Positions 17,314 to 25,462 of a stretch of 42,008 nucleotides of DNA are shown here, one piece after another. The notes beneath the pieces were generated by a model. The model saw only the letters and a program-made list of their open reading frames with translations, made no database searches and was not told where the DNA came from. The translations under genes were made by a program, and so were the position numbers. How positions within the stretch are numbered: the first letter of the stretch is position 1; each line of letters starts with the position of its first letter. Origin of the DNA: a virus; IMG/VR virus record IMGVR_UViG_3300045988_028709, positions 1 to 42,008 of that record, one strand, 5' to 3'.

Positions 17314-19049
17314 CAGCTCACCTCCGCAACAATGGGGATCGCAACCGTGTTGGCGTCCCCGAAGATGGTAAACTTGATGCCGCCGTCATAGGTCTCTGCG
17401 TAGCCGTTGGTGATGTACGTCAGGTACTGGTTTTCCGCCTCCACAAAGGCCGCGTAATCGTCGCTTGTCCCGTTGCCGGTGTAAACATGATCCACCGTGG
17501 CCGTGTGGCTTGCCAGCACCCCCGGAATCGCCACGCTCTGGGTCTTGACCCCGGTGTTGCTGTCCTCCGTCCATGTGGTGCCGATGGTAGCGGTGTAGGT
17601 CTTGACGGAACTGATTTCCGGCAGCTGGCTTGCAGGCACCTTGCCGTCCGTGTCCAGAGACGCCGCGCCAATGGCCGCAGGGGTAATGGGATCTGCCCCG
17701 TCCTTCCCGTGCTGGCTGGCGTGTTTCCCCGCCGCCTTGCCGTCCCACGCGGTTTTCTGCGCGGCGGTCACGTGGACCGTGGTGTTCCCGGCGTGTGCCG
17801 TCAGATTGCTCTGTACCGCTGCCGCAGCCCCCGCTGCTTCCTTGCCAGCTAAAGCATTTCGGATGTCCTGATGTGCGGCAGTGTCCTTGTTGTGGGCAGT
17901 CACCGCTGCCGCTGCAGTCCCGGATGCTTCCTTCCCATTCAGCGCTTTTCGGATGTCCGCGTGGGCCTCAGCGCTCTGGTTATGTGCCGTTACATAGCCC
18001 TGCGCCTCCACCTTGGTTGCAAAGTCACCGCCGACAACTGCCTGTGCCTGCTCTGCCCAGTATTTGGCGTTGTTGGTGTCCTCGCCGGGGCGGGTGTTGG
18101 TACCGCCTACCGCCCAGCTTTGGGCGGTCTTGTTGATACCGTCCACACTGGCCGCGCTCTGCGCCGCTGCCGTTGCTGCCGCGCTGGCTTGAGACGCGAA
18201 GCCGGATGCTGCTTCCGCCGCCTGATCAGCAAAACTTGCCGCGTTGGACGCCGTGCTGGCTGCGCTTTGCGCTGCCTGAGCGCTGGAGGAAGCGTTGATT
18301 TCACTGGATTCAGCAAGGCCTTGCGCGGATTTTGCCGCCAACGCGTTGGATTCAGCCGCATTAGCCTGCGCTGTGGCCTTGTCCTCGCTGGACTTTGCCG
18401 CCTTCTGGGACGCTGCCGCTTTTGCGGCACTCGCATCCGCCGCGCTGGCCTGTGCGGTTGCCGTCGCGGCACTCTCCGCCGCCGCCGTTTTAGAGGCTTC
18501 CGCAGAGGACGCAGAGCTGGCCGCTGCCGTTTCACTGGCCTTTGCGTTGGTCTCGCTTACTTTTGCATTGTCCGCTGCTGCTTCTGCCGCCGCTTTTGCG
18601 GTGATAAACAGATTTTCAAGCCCGGCAATCTCCGCCTGCAGCTGGTCCTTGTCGCTGGGTGTGATGGTCCCGGCGTTCCCGGCACTGTCCGGCAGCTCGG
18701 AATCCAATACCCGGAAATGCCCCGCCGCCGTGGTGATGGCCTTGGTGGTGGTATCGCCGCTTGTCAGTACGCCCTTGATGGTCACAGTGGCTTCTCCGGC
18801 ATACTTCAATGCCTCGGAGGGCACGTCCACTTCATAGGCTCCATCCACCAGCGTGTCCAGCCCCAGCACCAGCGCAACGGAAGTATTCCCCAGCGCATCG
18901 GTAAAATACGCAGTCTTGGCGGTGCCCTCCCATGCAGGGCCGAATGTCATCCGCAGGGTCACGGCATTGTGGGAGCCGGTGGCTCCGAACGCTTCCCCGG
19001 TATATTTGATATACATGTCCTCAACGGACAGTGAAATAATGCGATTCAT
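17313..19049 (-). CDS. Fibre protein (BppU-N-like start, Ala/Ser-rich helical shaft, phage-tail-fibre-repeat-like H..DIR.AL.GKEA units)
   Basis: Start set at MNRIISLSVED (19049). About 200 aa of A/S/E/K low-complexity helix. Repeats AHADIRKALNGKEASG / AHQDIRNALAGKEAAG. Confidence 0.7.
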   Translation of the reverse strand: MNRIISLSVEDMYIKYTGEAFGATGSHNAVTLRMTFGPAWEGTAKTAYFTDALGNTSVALVLGLDTLVDGAYEVDVPSEALKYAGEATVTIKGVLTSGDTTTKAITTAAGHFRVLDSELPDSAGNAGTITPSDKDQLQAEIAGLENLFITAKAAAEAAADNAKVSETNAKASETAAASSASSAEASKTAAAESAATATAQASAADASAAKAAASQKAAKSSEDKATAQANAAESNALAAKSAQGLAESSEINASSSAQAAQSAASTASNAASFADQAAEAASGFASQASAAATAAAQSAASVDGINKTAQSWAVGGTNTRPGEDTNNAKYWAEQAQAVVGGDFATKVEAQGYVTAHNQSAEAHADIRKALNGKEASGTAAAAVTAHNKDTAAHQDIRNALAGKEAAGAAAAVQSNLTAHAGNTTVHVTAAQKTAWDGKAAGKHASQHGKDGADPITPAAIGAASLDTDGKVPASQLPEISSVKTYTATIGTTWTEDSNTGVKTQSVAIPGVLASHTATVDHVYTGNGTSDDYAAFVEAENQYLTYITNGYAETYDGGIKFTIFGDANTVAIPIVAEVS

Positions 19050-19104
19050 ACGCCCTCCATAGAAAATGCGGGCAAACGGCAGGAAACCGTCTGCCCGCAT
19101 CGGG

Positions 19105-19362
19105 TTACATATCGGCCAAAGCCTTGGCGCTGTTCTTCTGTGCCGCCATCTGTGCCTTGTAGGCTTCCATTTCCTGTTTCTCTGCGTTCTGCAGCACCAG
19201 CAGGAACTTCCTCTTGATCTGCACAGTCTCACCACGCATAATGCGGATGATCTCACCGTTGACGCCCACGATAATATCGCGGGAATCCGTGCGGCCCATG
19301 AGAGGTGCGGTATACTCTACCAGCTCCTCATTGGGGTCCGTTACCTTCTTAGCTTCGCTCAT
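19105..19362 (-). CDS. Small hypothetical protein following the capsid gene
   Basis: 85-aa ORF 13 nt downstream of the capsid gene. No family recognised. Confidence 0.6.
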   Translation of the reverse strand: MSEAKKVTDPNEELVEYTAPLMGRTDSRDIIVGVNGEIIRIMRGETVQIKRKFLLVLQNAEKQEMEAYKAQMAAQKNSAKALADM

Positions 19363-19374
19363 TTTGTCCTCCTA

Positions 19375-20412
19375 TCAGGCGCTGACGGTCGTTTCGATAC
19401 GGACCATGTACTGCTGGACCAGAATCTCCGCCGTCTTGGTGGCCTTCCAGCCGACGGTGGCGCGCTGATCCAGGGGATCGCCGGAACCGGCGCTGCCCAG
19501 CTGCTTGACGATGTGCTGCAGACCGCCGCCGGAGATATCGGTGATGCCGTAGGCGTCATCCGCAAGGATCAGGGTGGAGTACACGTCCCGCTTGTTGGCA
19601 ACCTCCGTGCCGGTGGCCTTGTTCTTGGCAGCGTCCTTCCACACCTTGGCGCGGCTGGACTGCACAAACCGCACACCGTACAGCTCGCCGATCTCGTTCT
19701 TGTAGATGTTGGCGGTGTCCACATACTCGTGGGGGTTCTTCCACTCAGGGTCCTTCATCAGGTCATACTTGGCGTTGGGATGGATGATGCCCACATAGTA
19801 GCCGTTGATCTTGGGAGCGTCCTGCGCCTCCAGAGTGCGCACGGCCTTCTTGATGGCATCCACGGTCAGATAGTTGTTCTCGCTCTCGGTGGCGCTGCCG
19901 CCCACCAGATTGGCGCGGGCAGTCACGGAGCCGTCGGCGTACTGGACAATGGTACCAGCGTTCAGAATGTCGCGGGTGATGGTGTCCAGAGTGCGTCCGG
20001 CCTGAGAGGCGATCAGCTTGGTGGCCTGCACCACGTTGTTGTCGATAGCTGCCAGAATCAGCATATCGGACAGGGTAACGTAGCCGCCGTACTGCTTCAC
20101 GGTGGCCTCCAGCTTCTTCACGTTCAGGCTCTGGCCGTCAGGGGTCACGCCTTCGGTAAGGGCGGTGGTCATCTCAGGCAGGGGATCATACTGGCGGAAC
20201 TCAATGGTCTTGCCGCCGTTCTTGGGGATGGGGTGCTTCTGGCCGAACTGGTCATGCACAAGCTCCGGCTCTGCCAGGTCGATCAGATAGTCGGAGTAAT
20301 AGGTCTTCATCTCCGCAGACAGGTCCTTGCCCTCGCCCGTCTGGGTAGTGGTGTTGGTCTTCATGTCCGCGAAGATCTGCACGAACATAGGGAACATAAA
20401 CAGAGTGTTCAT
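19375..20412 (-). CDS. Major capsid protein (HK97-fold, probably N4-gp56-type family)
   Basis: 345 aa, positioned after the scaffold. GKTIEFRQYDPLP and YGVRFVQSS-type segments are typical of this capsid family (recognised from memory). N-terminal ..VQIFADMK resembles an L27/Prp cleavage motif. Confidence 0.8.
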   Translation of the reverse strand: MNTLFMFPMFVQIFADMKTNTTTQTGEGKDLSAEMKTYYSDYLIDLAEPELVHDQFGQKHPIPKNGGKTIEFRQYDPLPEMTTALTEGVTPDGQSLNVKKLEATVKQYGGYVTLSDMLILAAIDNNVVQATKLIASQAGRTLDTITRDILNAGTIVQYADGSVTARANLVGGSATESENNYLTVDAIKKAVRTLEAQDAPKINGYYVGIIHPNAKYDLMKDPEWKNPHEYVDTANIYKNEIGELYGVRFVQSSRAKVWKDAAKNKATGTEVANKRDVYSTLILADDAYGITDISGGGLQHIVKQLGSAGSGDPLDQRATVGWKATKTAEILVQQYMVRIETTVSA

Positions 20413-20433
20413 AGAGTAGCCTCCTTGTTGTTG

Positions 20434-21357
20434 TCAGTTAAAAGTGATGGTTTCCCCCATCGCAGCCCGTCTGGCGATCTCCGCCCGGTCTGCCGGGGTC
20501 AGTTTGGAAACATCATCCTTCACAACAACGGCGCTCTTGGGCGCGGCTCCGTTTTCCTGCGGTCTGGCCCCTCTGGCGCGAATATTGTCCGTTACGGTCT
20601 TCTCCGCCTGTGCCGTGGCCTTGCTGAGGAAGTCATCCATGTGCAGGACCTTGTATGCCTGCTCCACGCTGACGCCTCTTTGCAGCAAGGCAAGGAAATC
20701 GGGATTGGTGTTGATCTCGGTGGGCAGGTCGAAGTCTGCCAGCAGGGGGTCCTGCTTCATGGCCTCCGCCTGATCCATCCACGAGTGCAGCTGCTGTTCG
20801 CTGCGCTGACGGGCGTAATAATCCTCCTGCGCTGCTCTCAGCCGTGCGTTCTCCTGTTGCATCTGCTGATACTGCCGGTATTGCTCCACGCTCATACCGG
20901 CTTCCTCCGCAGCCTGCTCCCAGAGAGAATTGTCCCGATCCACCGCCGACCGCAGGGCTTCAATGTCGCCGGGTGCCGTACCGTAGCGAAGAGACAGGGC
21001 GTCCAGAATGGGCTGCTGTGCGTTCAGCGCTTTGCCCTGATCCGCCACGATGCGGCCCTGATCCTTCACCTTTTTCAGCCGTTCGCCTACGATCCGCTGT
21101 ACCTCGGCGTCGAAGTCCGCCTTATAGTCACCGTTGATCAAATCCTTGAAGGATGCGCGTTGGTCTTGCTCCCCGGCGTCAGGAGCCGCAGTCTGCTTTC
21201 CGTAGACTACCTCGCCCGTTTTGGCCTGCTGGGCGACGTCAGGCCCGCCATTGGTCCCGCCCGTCTCGGCTCCGACCTCTCCTGCTCCGTCGGACGCCCC
21301 GGAAGCGCCGCCGTCAAACAGGAAAAGAGACATTGCCTTGACAAAAATATTCTTCAT
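20434..21357 (-). CDS. Scaffolding protein
   Basis: 307 aa, acidic and Gln-rich with helical/coiled-coil character, located between Prp and the capsid gene. AAGGAG 8 nt before the ATG, which overlaps the Prp stop (ATGA). Confidence 0.65.
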   Translation of the reverse strand: MKNIFVKAMSLFLFDGGASGASDGAGEVGAETGGTNGGPDVAQQAKTGEVVYGKQTAAPDAGEQDQRASFKDLINGDYKADFDAEVQRIVGERLKKVKDQGRIVADQGKALNAQQPILDALSLRYGTAPGDIEALRSAVDRDNSLWEQAAEEAGMSVEQYRQYQQMQQENARLRAAQEDYYARQRSEQQLHSWMDQAEAMKQDPLLADFDLPTEINTNPDFLALLQRGVSVEQAYKVLHMDDFLSKATAQAEKTVTDNIRARGARPQENGAAPKSAVVVKDDVSKLTPADRAEIARRAAMGETITFN

Positions 21358-21710
21358 GTGTCTGCTCCTTTATCAGATTGCCGCGTCTGCGGCTTGGAAC
21401 ACAAATCAAGTCCCCTCGTATCCACGCGGAGGTTTGCAGGATAGCCTTGTGCAAGGCTTATTAGCCCCAGTACAGCCGCCCGCCACGGTTCCCAGCACGG
21501 CCCACGGGCTTCCAGTACGAACCGCCCCGGCTCCATGTGATCCCGCGTAATAGTTACGCCCTCGGCGTTTTTGCACCAGAGATACAGCGTCTGACAGATG
21601 GCAGAGATGGCCGCACACACCACGTCTTTCCCGCTTTCTGCGTACCCGGCGTGCCCCCGACATTCCAGCCGGACGGTATCTCCGTTCTGTTCTGCGTACA
21701 CACGGGTCAT
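21354..21710 (-). CDS. prp: Prp-like ribosomal-processing cysteine protease homolog (putative prohead protease)
   Basis: 118 aa with the GHAGYAESGKDVVCAAIS catalytic His/Cys signature of the Prp/DUF464 family. Sits between the portal and scaffold genes. Confidence 0.7.
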   Translation of the reverse strand: MTRVYAEQNGDTVRLECRGHAGYAESGKDVVCAAISAICQTLYLWCKNAEGVTITRDHMEPGRFVLEARGPCWEPWRAAVLGLISLAQGYPANLRVDTRGLDLCSKPQTRQSDKGADT

Positions 21711-23599
21711 GCCCTGCTCCTCTCAGCCAGCCGTTCGCCGTAACTCTTCTTGTTGGCGCTGATGGCATCCTGACGGGCCTGTGCAATGGTCGGACCGCCG
21801 CCGCCCTGTTTGGTCTGGCTTTGGTATCCCGGCTGCTCCACGCTCATGCCTGCCGCCGCCTGGAACATGGCCAGCTGCTGTTGGAGCTGCTGCACCACAT
21901 TCAACAGCGTCTGCCCCTGCTGCACCTGCTGCAGGATCTGTTCCTTGCCTTCAAAGTCCATCATGGACAGGGCAATGATGCTCTGCTGAGCGTTCTCCGG
22001 ATTGAAGAATCCAAGTCCGTACAGCTCCTTTGCCCGCTCATACTGGGCTTCAATGGTGAAGGGGCTGCGCTTCTGGGGTCTGATCTTCAAGTCGAACACG
22101 GGACGTCGGAACATCTGCGCCACATTCCCCGGCATCGCCACCGGCTGGTCCTGCATCCCGGCGTTGTTGAAGTCCACAAACTCCATCTGCCCGCCCTCGC
22201 CTAAAATGCGGAAGGTGCGGGTCTCCGTATAAAACTGCCGGATCAGCTCGATCACCAGAGAACACACCTTCCGGTATGCCCGGTAGCTGCCCTGGATCAT
22301 GTCACGGCTCACCTTGTTGCCGGATTCCTGCAGGGCTGCAATGGCCGCTGCCGCCGTCACGCCGGAGGTTCCGCCGCTGTTCATGTCCCGGTTGGCGCTG
22401 GTCTCCTTCATCTCGTCGATCTTCATCTGATAGACGTCGATGTAGTTCCCTTCCAGAGAGGGCGGCACGATGGGCTGTAAATGATCGCTGTCCAGCCTCG
22501 GCAGCGCGCTGTGCACGATGGCGCAGTTTGCGTCTTTCAGCTCATCCTCATTGATGCCTGCCTGCTCGGATGCCAGATACCGGGTCTTGGTTCCCAGCAG
22601 ACTGCGCTCCAGAATGTTCTGGCCCAGCTTGTCGATGTAAAGCTGTGGGTTCTTGCAGATGGCGATCATGCCGAAGCCATACGGCGTCCCCGCTTCCGGG
22701 AACATGGTGTCGAATACCACCGGATACAGACCGTGGTCATAATAGCCGCGCTCGGAATAGTTGGCATCATTCTCACTGGCATACAGGATGCAGTCCCCAG
22801 AGAACTTGCAGTAATGCAGCAGCGTCTTCCCGGTCAGGTCCTTTTTCTTGTAATACCAGTCCCACACCAGACACTTCCCCGTCCAGTCCACGTTGGGATC
22901 GTAAGAGTAGGCGTAGTCATCAGGCGTGGCCGTCTCCAGCTTGCCCTTATACTGCGGAAACCGCGCTTCCAGATCCGCCGTCTCCGCCACGCCTGCAATA
23001 AACAGGTTCCGGCTCTGCTGAATGTCCTTGACACCCGGTTCCCAGTAAACGTCCAGCAGGTCAAGATCGTGAATATCAATGTCGCCCAGCCCATTTTCTT
23101 TCTCCGGGTCCCACCCAACGAAATACGCGCCGGTGCCGTGCTTCAGCTTGCCCCACCAGGCATCTGCATACACTTCCTCAAACTCCGCCACCTCCATGAC
23201 GCAGGGGAGAATGGAGGACAGCTTCTTTGCTTCCTGCTGGTCTCCCGCCTCTCTCGGAAGCACGTTCGGCTCCGGATAGTTGTCCATAGCGTCGGCGTGT
23301 TTGTTGGTGATAGCGTTGAACAGCCATGCGGAGGACGGCTCCGGCACATCCGGGTTGAACTTCTTCCGCACCGCTTCCCAGTGCCGCACCCGATACCACA
23401 GCTCATCCTCTTTCAAGCGGTTTTCCAGCAGGCTCTTGCCGTCCTTGTACTTCCGCACCGTCTCCGCCGCCTTGCGGATGTCATCCACCTTGATTGCATC
23501 CCCGGTGGCCATCTGCCCTGCGGGCTGCGGCTGTAGCTGAGGCATGAGACTTCCCAGCCCCATGCCCATTGCCTTATTGAATAAGTCCTGTCTGTCCAT
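21707..23599 (-). CDS. Portal protein
   Basis: 630-aa ORF directly downstream of TerL. Size and position are typical of a portal. Confidence 0.75.
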   Translation of the reverse strand: MDRQDLFNKAMGMGLGSLMPQLQPQPAGQMATGDAIKVDDIRKAAETVRKYKDGKSLLENRLKEDELWYRVRHWEAVRKKFNPDVPEPSSAWLFNAITNKHADAMDNYPEPNVLPREAGDQQEAKKLSSILPCVMEVAEFEEVYADAWWGKLKHGTGAYFVGWDPEKENGLGDIDIHDLDLLDVYWEPGVKDIQQSRNLFIAGVAETADLEARFPQYKGKLETATPDDYAYSYDPNVDWTGKCLVWDWYYKKKDLTGKTLLHYCKFSGDCILYASENDANYSERGYYDHGLYPVVFDTMFPEAGTPYGFGMIAICKNPQLYIDKLGQNILERSLLGTKTRYLASEQAGINEDELKDANCAIVHSALPRLDSDHLQPIVPPSLEGNYIDVYQMKIDEMKETSANRDMNSGGTSGVTAAAAIAALQESGNKVSRDMIQGSYRAYRKVCSLVIELIRQFYTETRTFRILGEGGQMEFVDFNNAGMQDQPVAMPGNVAQMFRRPVFDLKIRPQKRSPFTIEAQYERAKELYGLGFFNPENAQQSIIALSMMDFEGKEQILQQVQQGQTLLNVVQQLQQQLAMFQAAAGMSVEQPGYQSQTKQGGGGPTIAQARQDAISANKKSYGERLAERSRA

Positions 23600-23609
23600 A
23601 CGTCCTCCA

Positions 23610-25046
23610 TCAGTATTTCCGGAACCATGCGTAATCCCGGTCCTCCGGCTCGTCCGCGTCCAGAGGGCTGTACGGCTTCACCGCCGCCGGGATGCGGATA
23701 GTCTGCGCCACAGGGTATTCCATGCACATATACCGGCACTCGTCATAAATATGGTCCTCACCGTCGGTGTCCACGTCCTCAACGTCCGTCTCGCTGTATA
23801 CCAGATTCGGCACCGTCCGGATAAAATGCTTACAGGTATCAAACACATACAGCATGGGGATACCCTGTCCATCAAAGGCCAGCCGATTGTGGATCTGCAT
23901 CTTCCCGTTCAGCCGGTCATGCTGCCCCGGCTCCCAGAACACGCCCTTGCGCTCCATCACCGCCGCCACGCTTTCCGTGCCGCTGTTGCCGAAGATAGCC
24001 GGGTCTGCCACGCCCCGCACCGTCCGCCCCTGTAAATTGGGGTCCTCCCGCTCAATGCGGCGTATCTCATCCGCCACATGGTCCGGCGTCCACTTCACAC
24101 CCTCATTGGGCGTTCCCGTGCAGCCGTACAGCTCCCGGATGCGGTAAAGCCGCCGGTCCTGATCCACGGCGTACCAGCCCACGGAGAAGGGCCGCGTATA
24201 GCCCCAGTCCATCGCCCGCCACACATTCCAGTTTTCCGGAATGCGGAACGGCTCAATGACATGGGTCTTGATATGGTCTCGGTAATGCTCACGGTCATTG
24301 ATCCATTCGCGGAACACTTGGCCGGAGAAGCTGTCCCAGTTGCCGTCCAACAGCGCTGCACGCTCCGCCTCCGGCAGGGACGCCAGATTTAAAATGTAAT
24401 TGGGGTCATTCCGCAGAAGCGCGGCATTGTCCGTCACCTTTGCCGGAATAAAGATCCGGCTGCGCCTGCCCTCCTGCTTTTTACCGTCAGCTCCTATCCA
24501 GGAAACATCCTGCCAGATGGTCTGCATGGGCGGAGCCGCCGTGATAAAGCGGTCTTTCACCCATCCGTGGCCGATGCCGCCGGGGTTCGCCGTGGCCCGC
24601 ATATAAACCCGCGTTCCCGGCCCGTTGGGCCGGTTGCGGGAAAACATATAGCTGTATTCCTCCCAGGTGAAATGGGTCAACTCGTCAAACGCGATAAAGT
24701 CATACGCCTGTCCCTGATATTTCACGCGGTCTTTGGTGTACTGCATGGAGCCGAAAATGATTTTCGCCCCGCTGGGGAATGACCATGTGTGGCTGCTGCC
24801 GTTGTATCTGGCTTTCGGGTATACACGCGGATAATAGGAAAGCGTCTTGTCAATCAGCTCCGCCAGCTGCGGATAGGTCTTTCGCAGGATCAGGCCCTTG
24901 TACCACGGGATATTCACCTGCCGCAAGGCCTCGATCACCAGTGCGTCGCTCTTCCCGCCTCCGGCGGCGCCGCCATACAGTGCCTCCCATTCCGGGCGGC
25001 TCATAAAAATAGCCTGTCTCGGTTGCGGCGTCCAGATCACATTCAC
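23610..25046 (-). CDS. terL: Terminase large subunit
   Basis: 478 aa. Walker A-like YGGAAGGGKSD near the N-terminus and a C-terminal nuclease-type region. GTG start overlaps the TerS stop. Confidence 0.9.
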   Translation of the reverse strand: MNVIWTPQPRQAIFMSRPEWEALYGGAAGGGKSDALVIEALRQVNIPWYKGLILRKTYPQLAELIDKTLSYYPRVYPKARYNGSSHTWSFPSGAKIIFGSMQYTKDRVKYQGQAYDFIAFDELTHFTWEEYSYMFSRNRPNGPGTRVYMRATANPGGIGHGWVKDRFITAAPPMQTIWQDVSWIGADGKKQEGRRSRIFIPAKVTDNAALLRNDPNYILNLASLPEAERAALLDGNWDSFSGQVFREWINDREHYRDHIKTHVIEPFRIPENWNVWRAMDWGYTRPFSVGWYAVDQDRRLYRIRELYGCTGTPNEGVKWTPDHVADEIRRIEREDPNLQGRTVRGVADPAIFGNSGTESVAAVMERKGVFWEPGQHDRLNGKMQIHNRLAFDGQGIPMLYVFDTCKHFIRTVPNLVYSETDVEDVDTDGEDHIYDECRYMCMEYPVAQTIRIPAAVKPYSPLDADEPEDRDYAWFRKY

Positions 25047-25453
25047 AGCTTTTCCTCCGGCAGCACCGATGGCATCTGCACCACGCCGGTACCCGCTTCA
25101 TCCGCGCCCATGCCCTGTGCCTGCGTCCATTTGTCGATCAGGGTCCCTAACGCAGTTGTGATCTGGCTTGGCGTTGCCTCTGCCAGCTTCTCTGGGTCAT
25201 TCAGCACTGCCAGCCCCTTGCCGATGATCTGGCACACGATGTCCCGCTGGCTTTCCATGTATGCGAGAATGTCCGCTGTGTTCTGGTCTTTTTTCTGTTC
25301 CAGTTTTTTCTCGACTTCTCCCGCTTCTTTCAGGACTTTGTTCGCGGCGTCCCACGAAACCTTGTTCTTTTTCGCGGCAGCATTCACTGACTGCGTTTCC
25401 AGATAGTCCGCCAGTATTTTCTTTTTCTGCCGGTCTGTCAGTCTCGCAGCCAT
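25043..25453 (-). CDS. terS: Terminase small subunit
   Basis: Start at ATG 25453 after GAGGTGG. N-terminal HTH-like segment (RLTDRQKKKILADYLETQSVNAAAKKNKVS) and position upstream of TerL. Confidence 0.7.
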   Translation of the reverse strand: MAARLTDRQKKKILADYLETQSVNAAAKKNKVSWDAANKVLKEAGEVEKKLEQKKDQNTADILAYMESQRDIVCQIIGKGLAVLNDPEKLAEATPSQITTALGTLIDKWTQAQGMGADEAGTGVVQMPSVLPEEKL

Positions 25454-25462
25454 TGTCACCAC

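Noticed and set aside
17900-18650. Ala/Ser-rich low-complexity DNA as a non-coding repeat region
   Set aside because: It is in frame within the fibre ORF and encodes a helical A/S/E/K shaft typical of fibre proteins. The many overlapping shadow ORFs there are artefacts of the GC-rich repeats.
9745-25406. Other long + strand ORFs across the late operon (9745-11463, 12319-13764, 17871-19034, 19066-21444, 22481-23536 and others)
   Set aside because: The reasoning is the same. Each lies fully inside a confidently assigned - strand gene (capsid, portal, fibre and so on) and has a low-complexity Arg/Gly/Leu composition.
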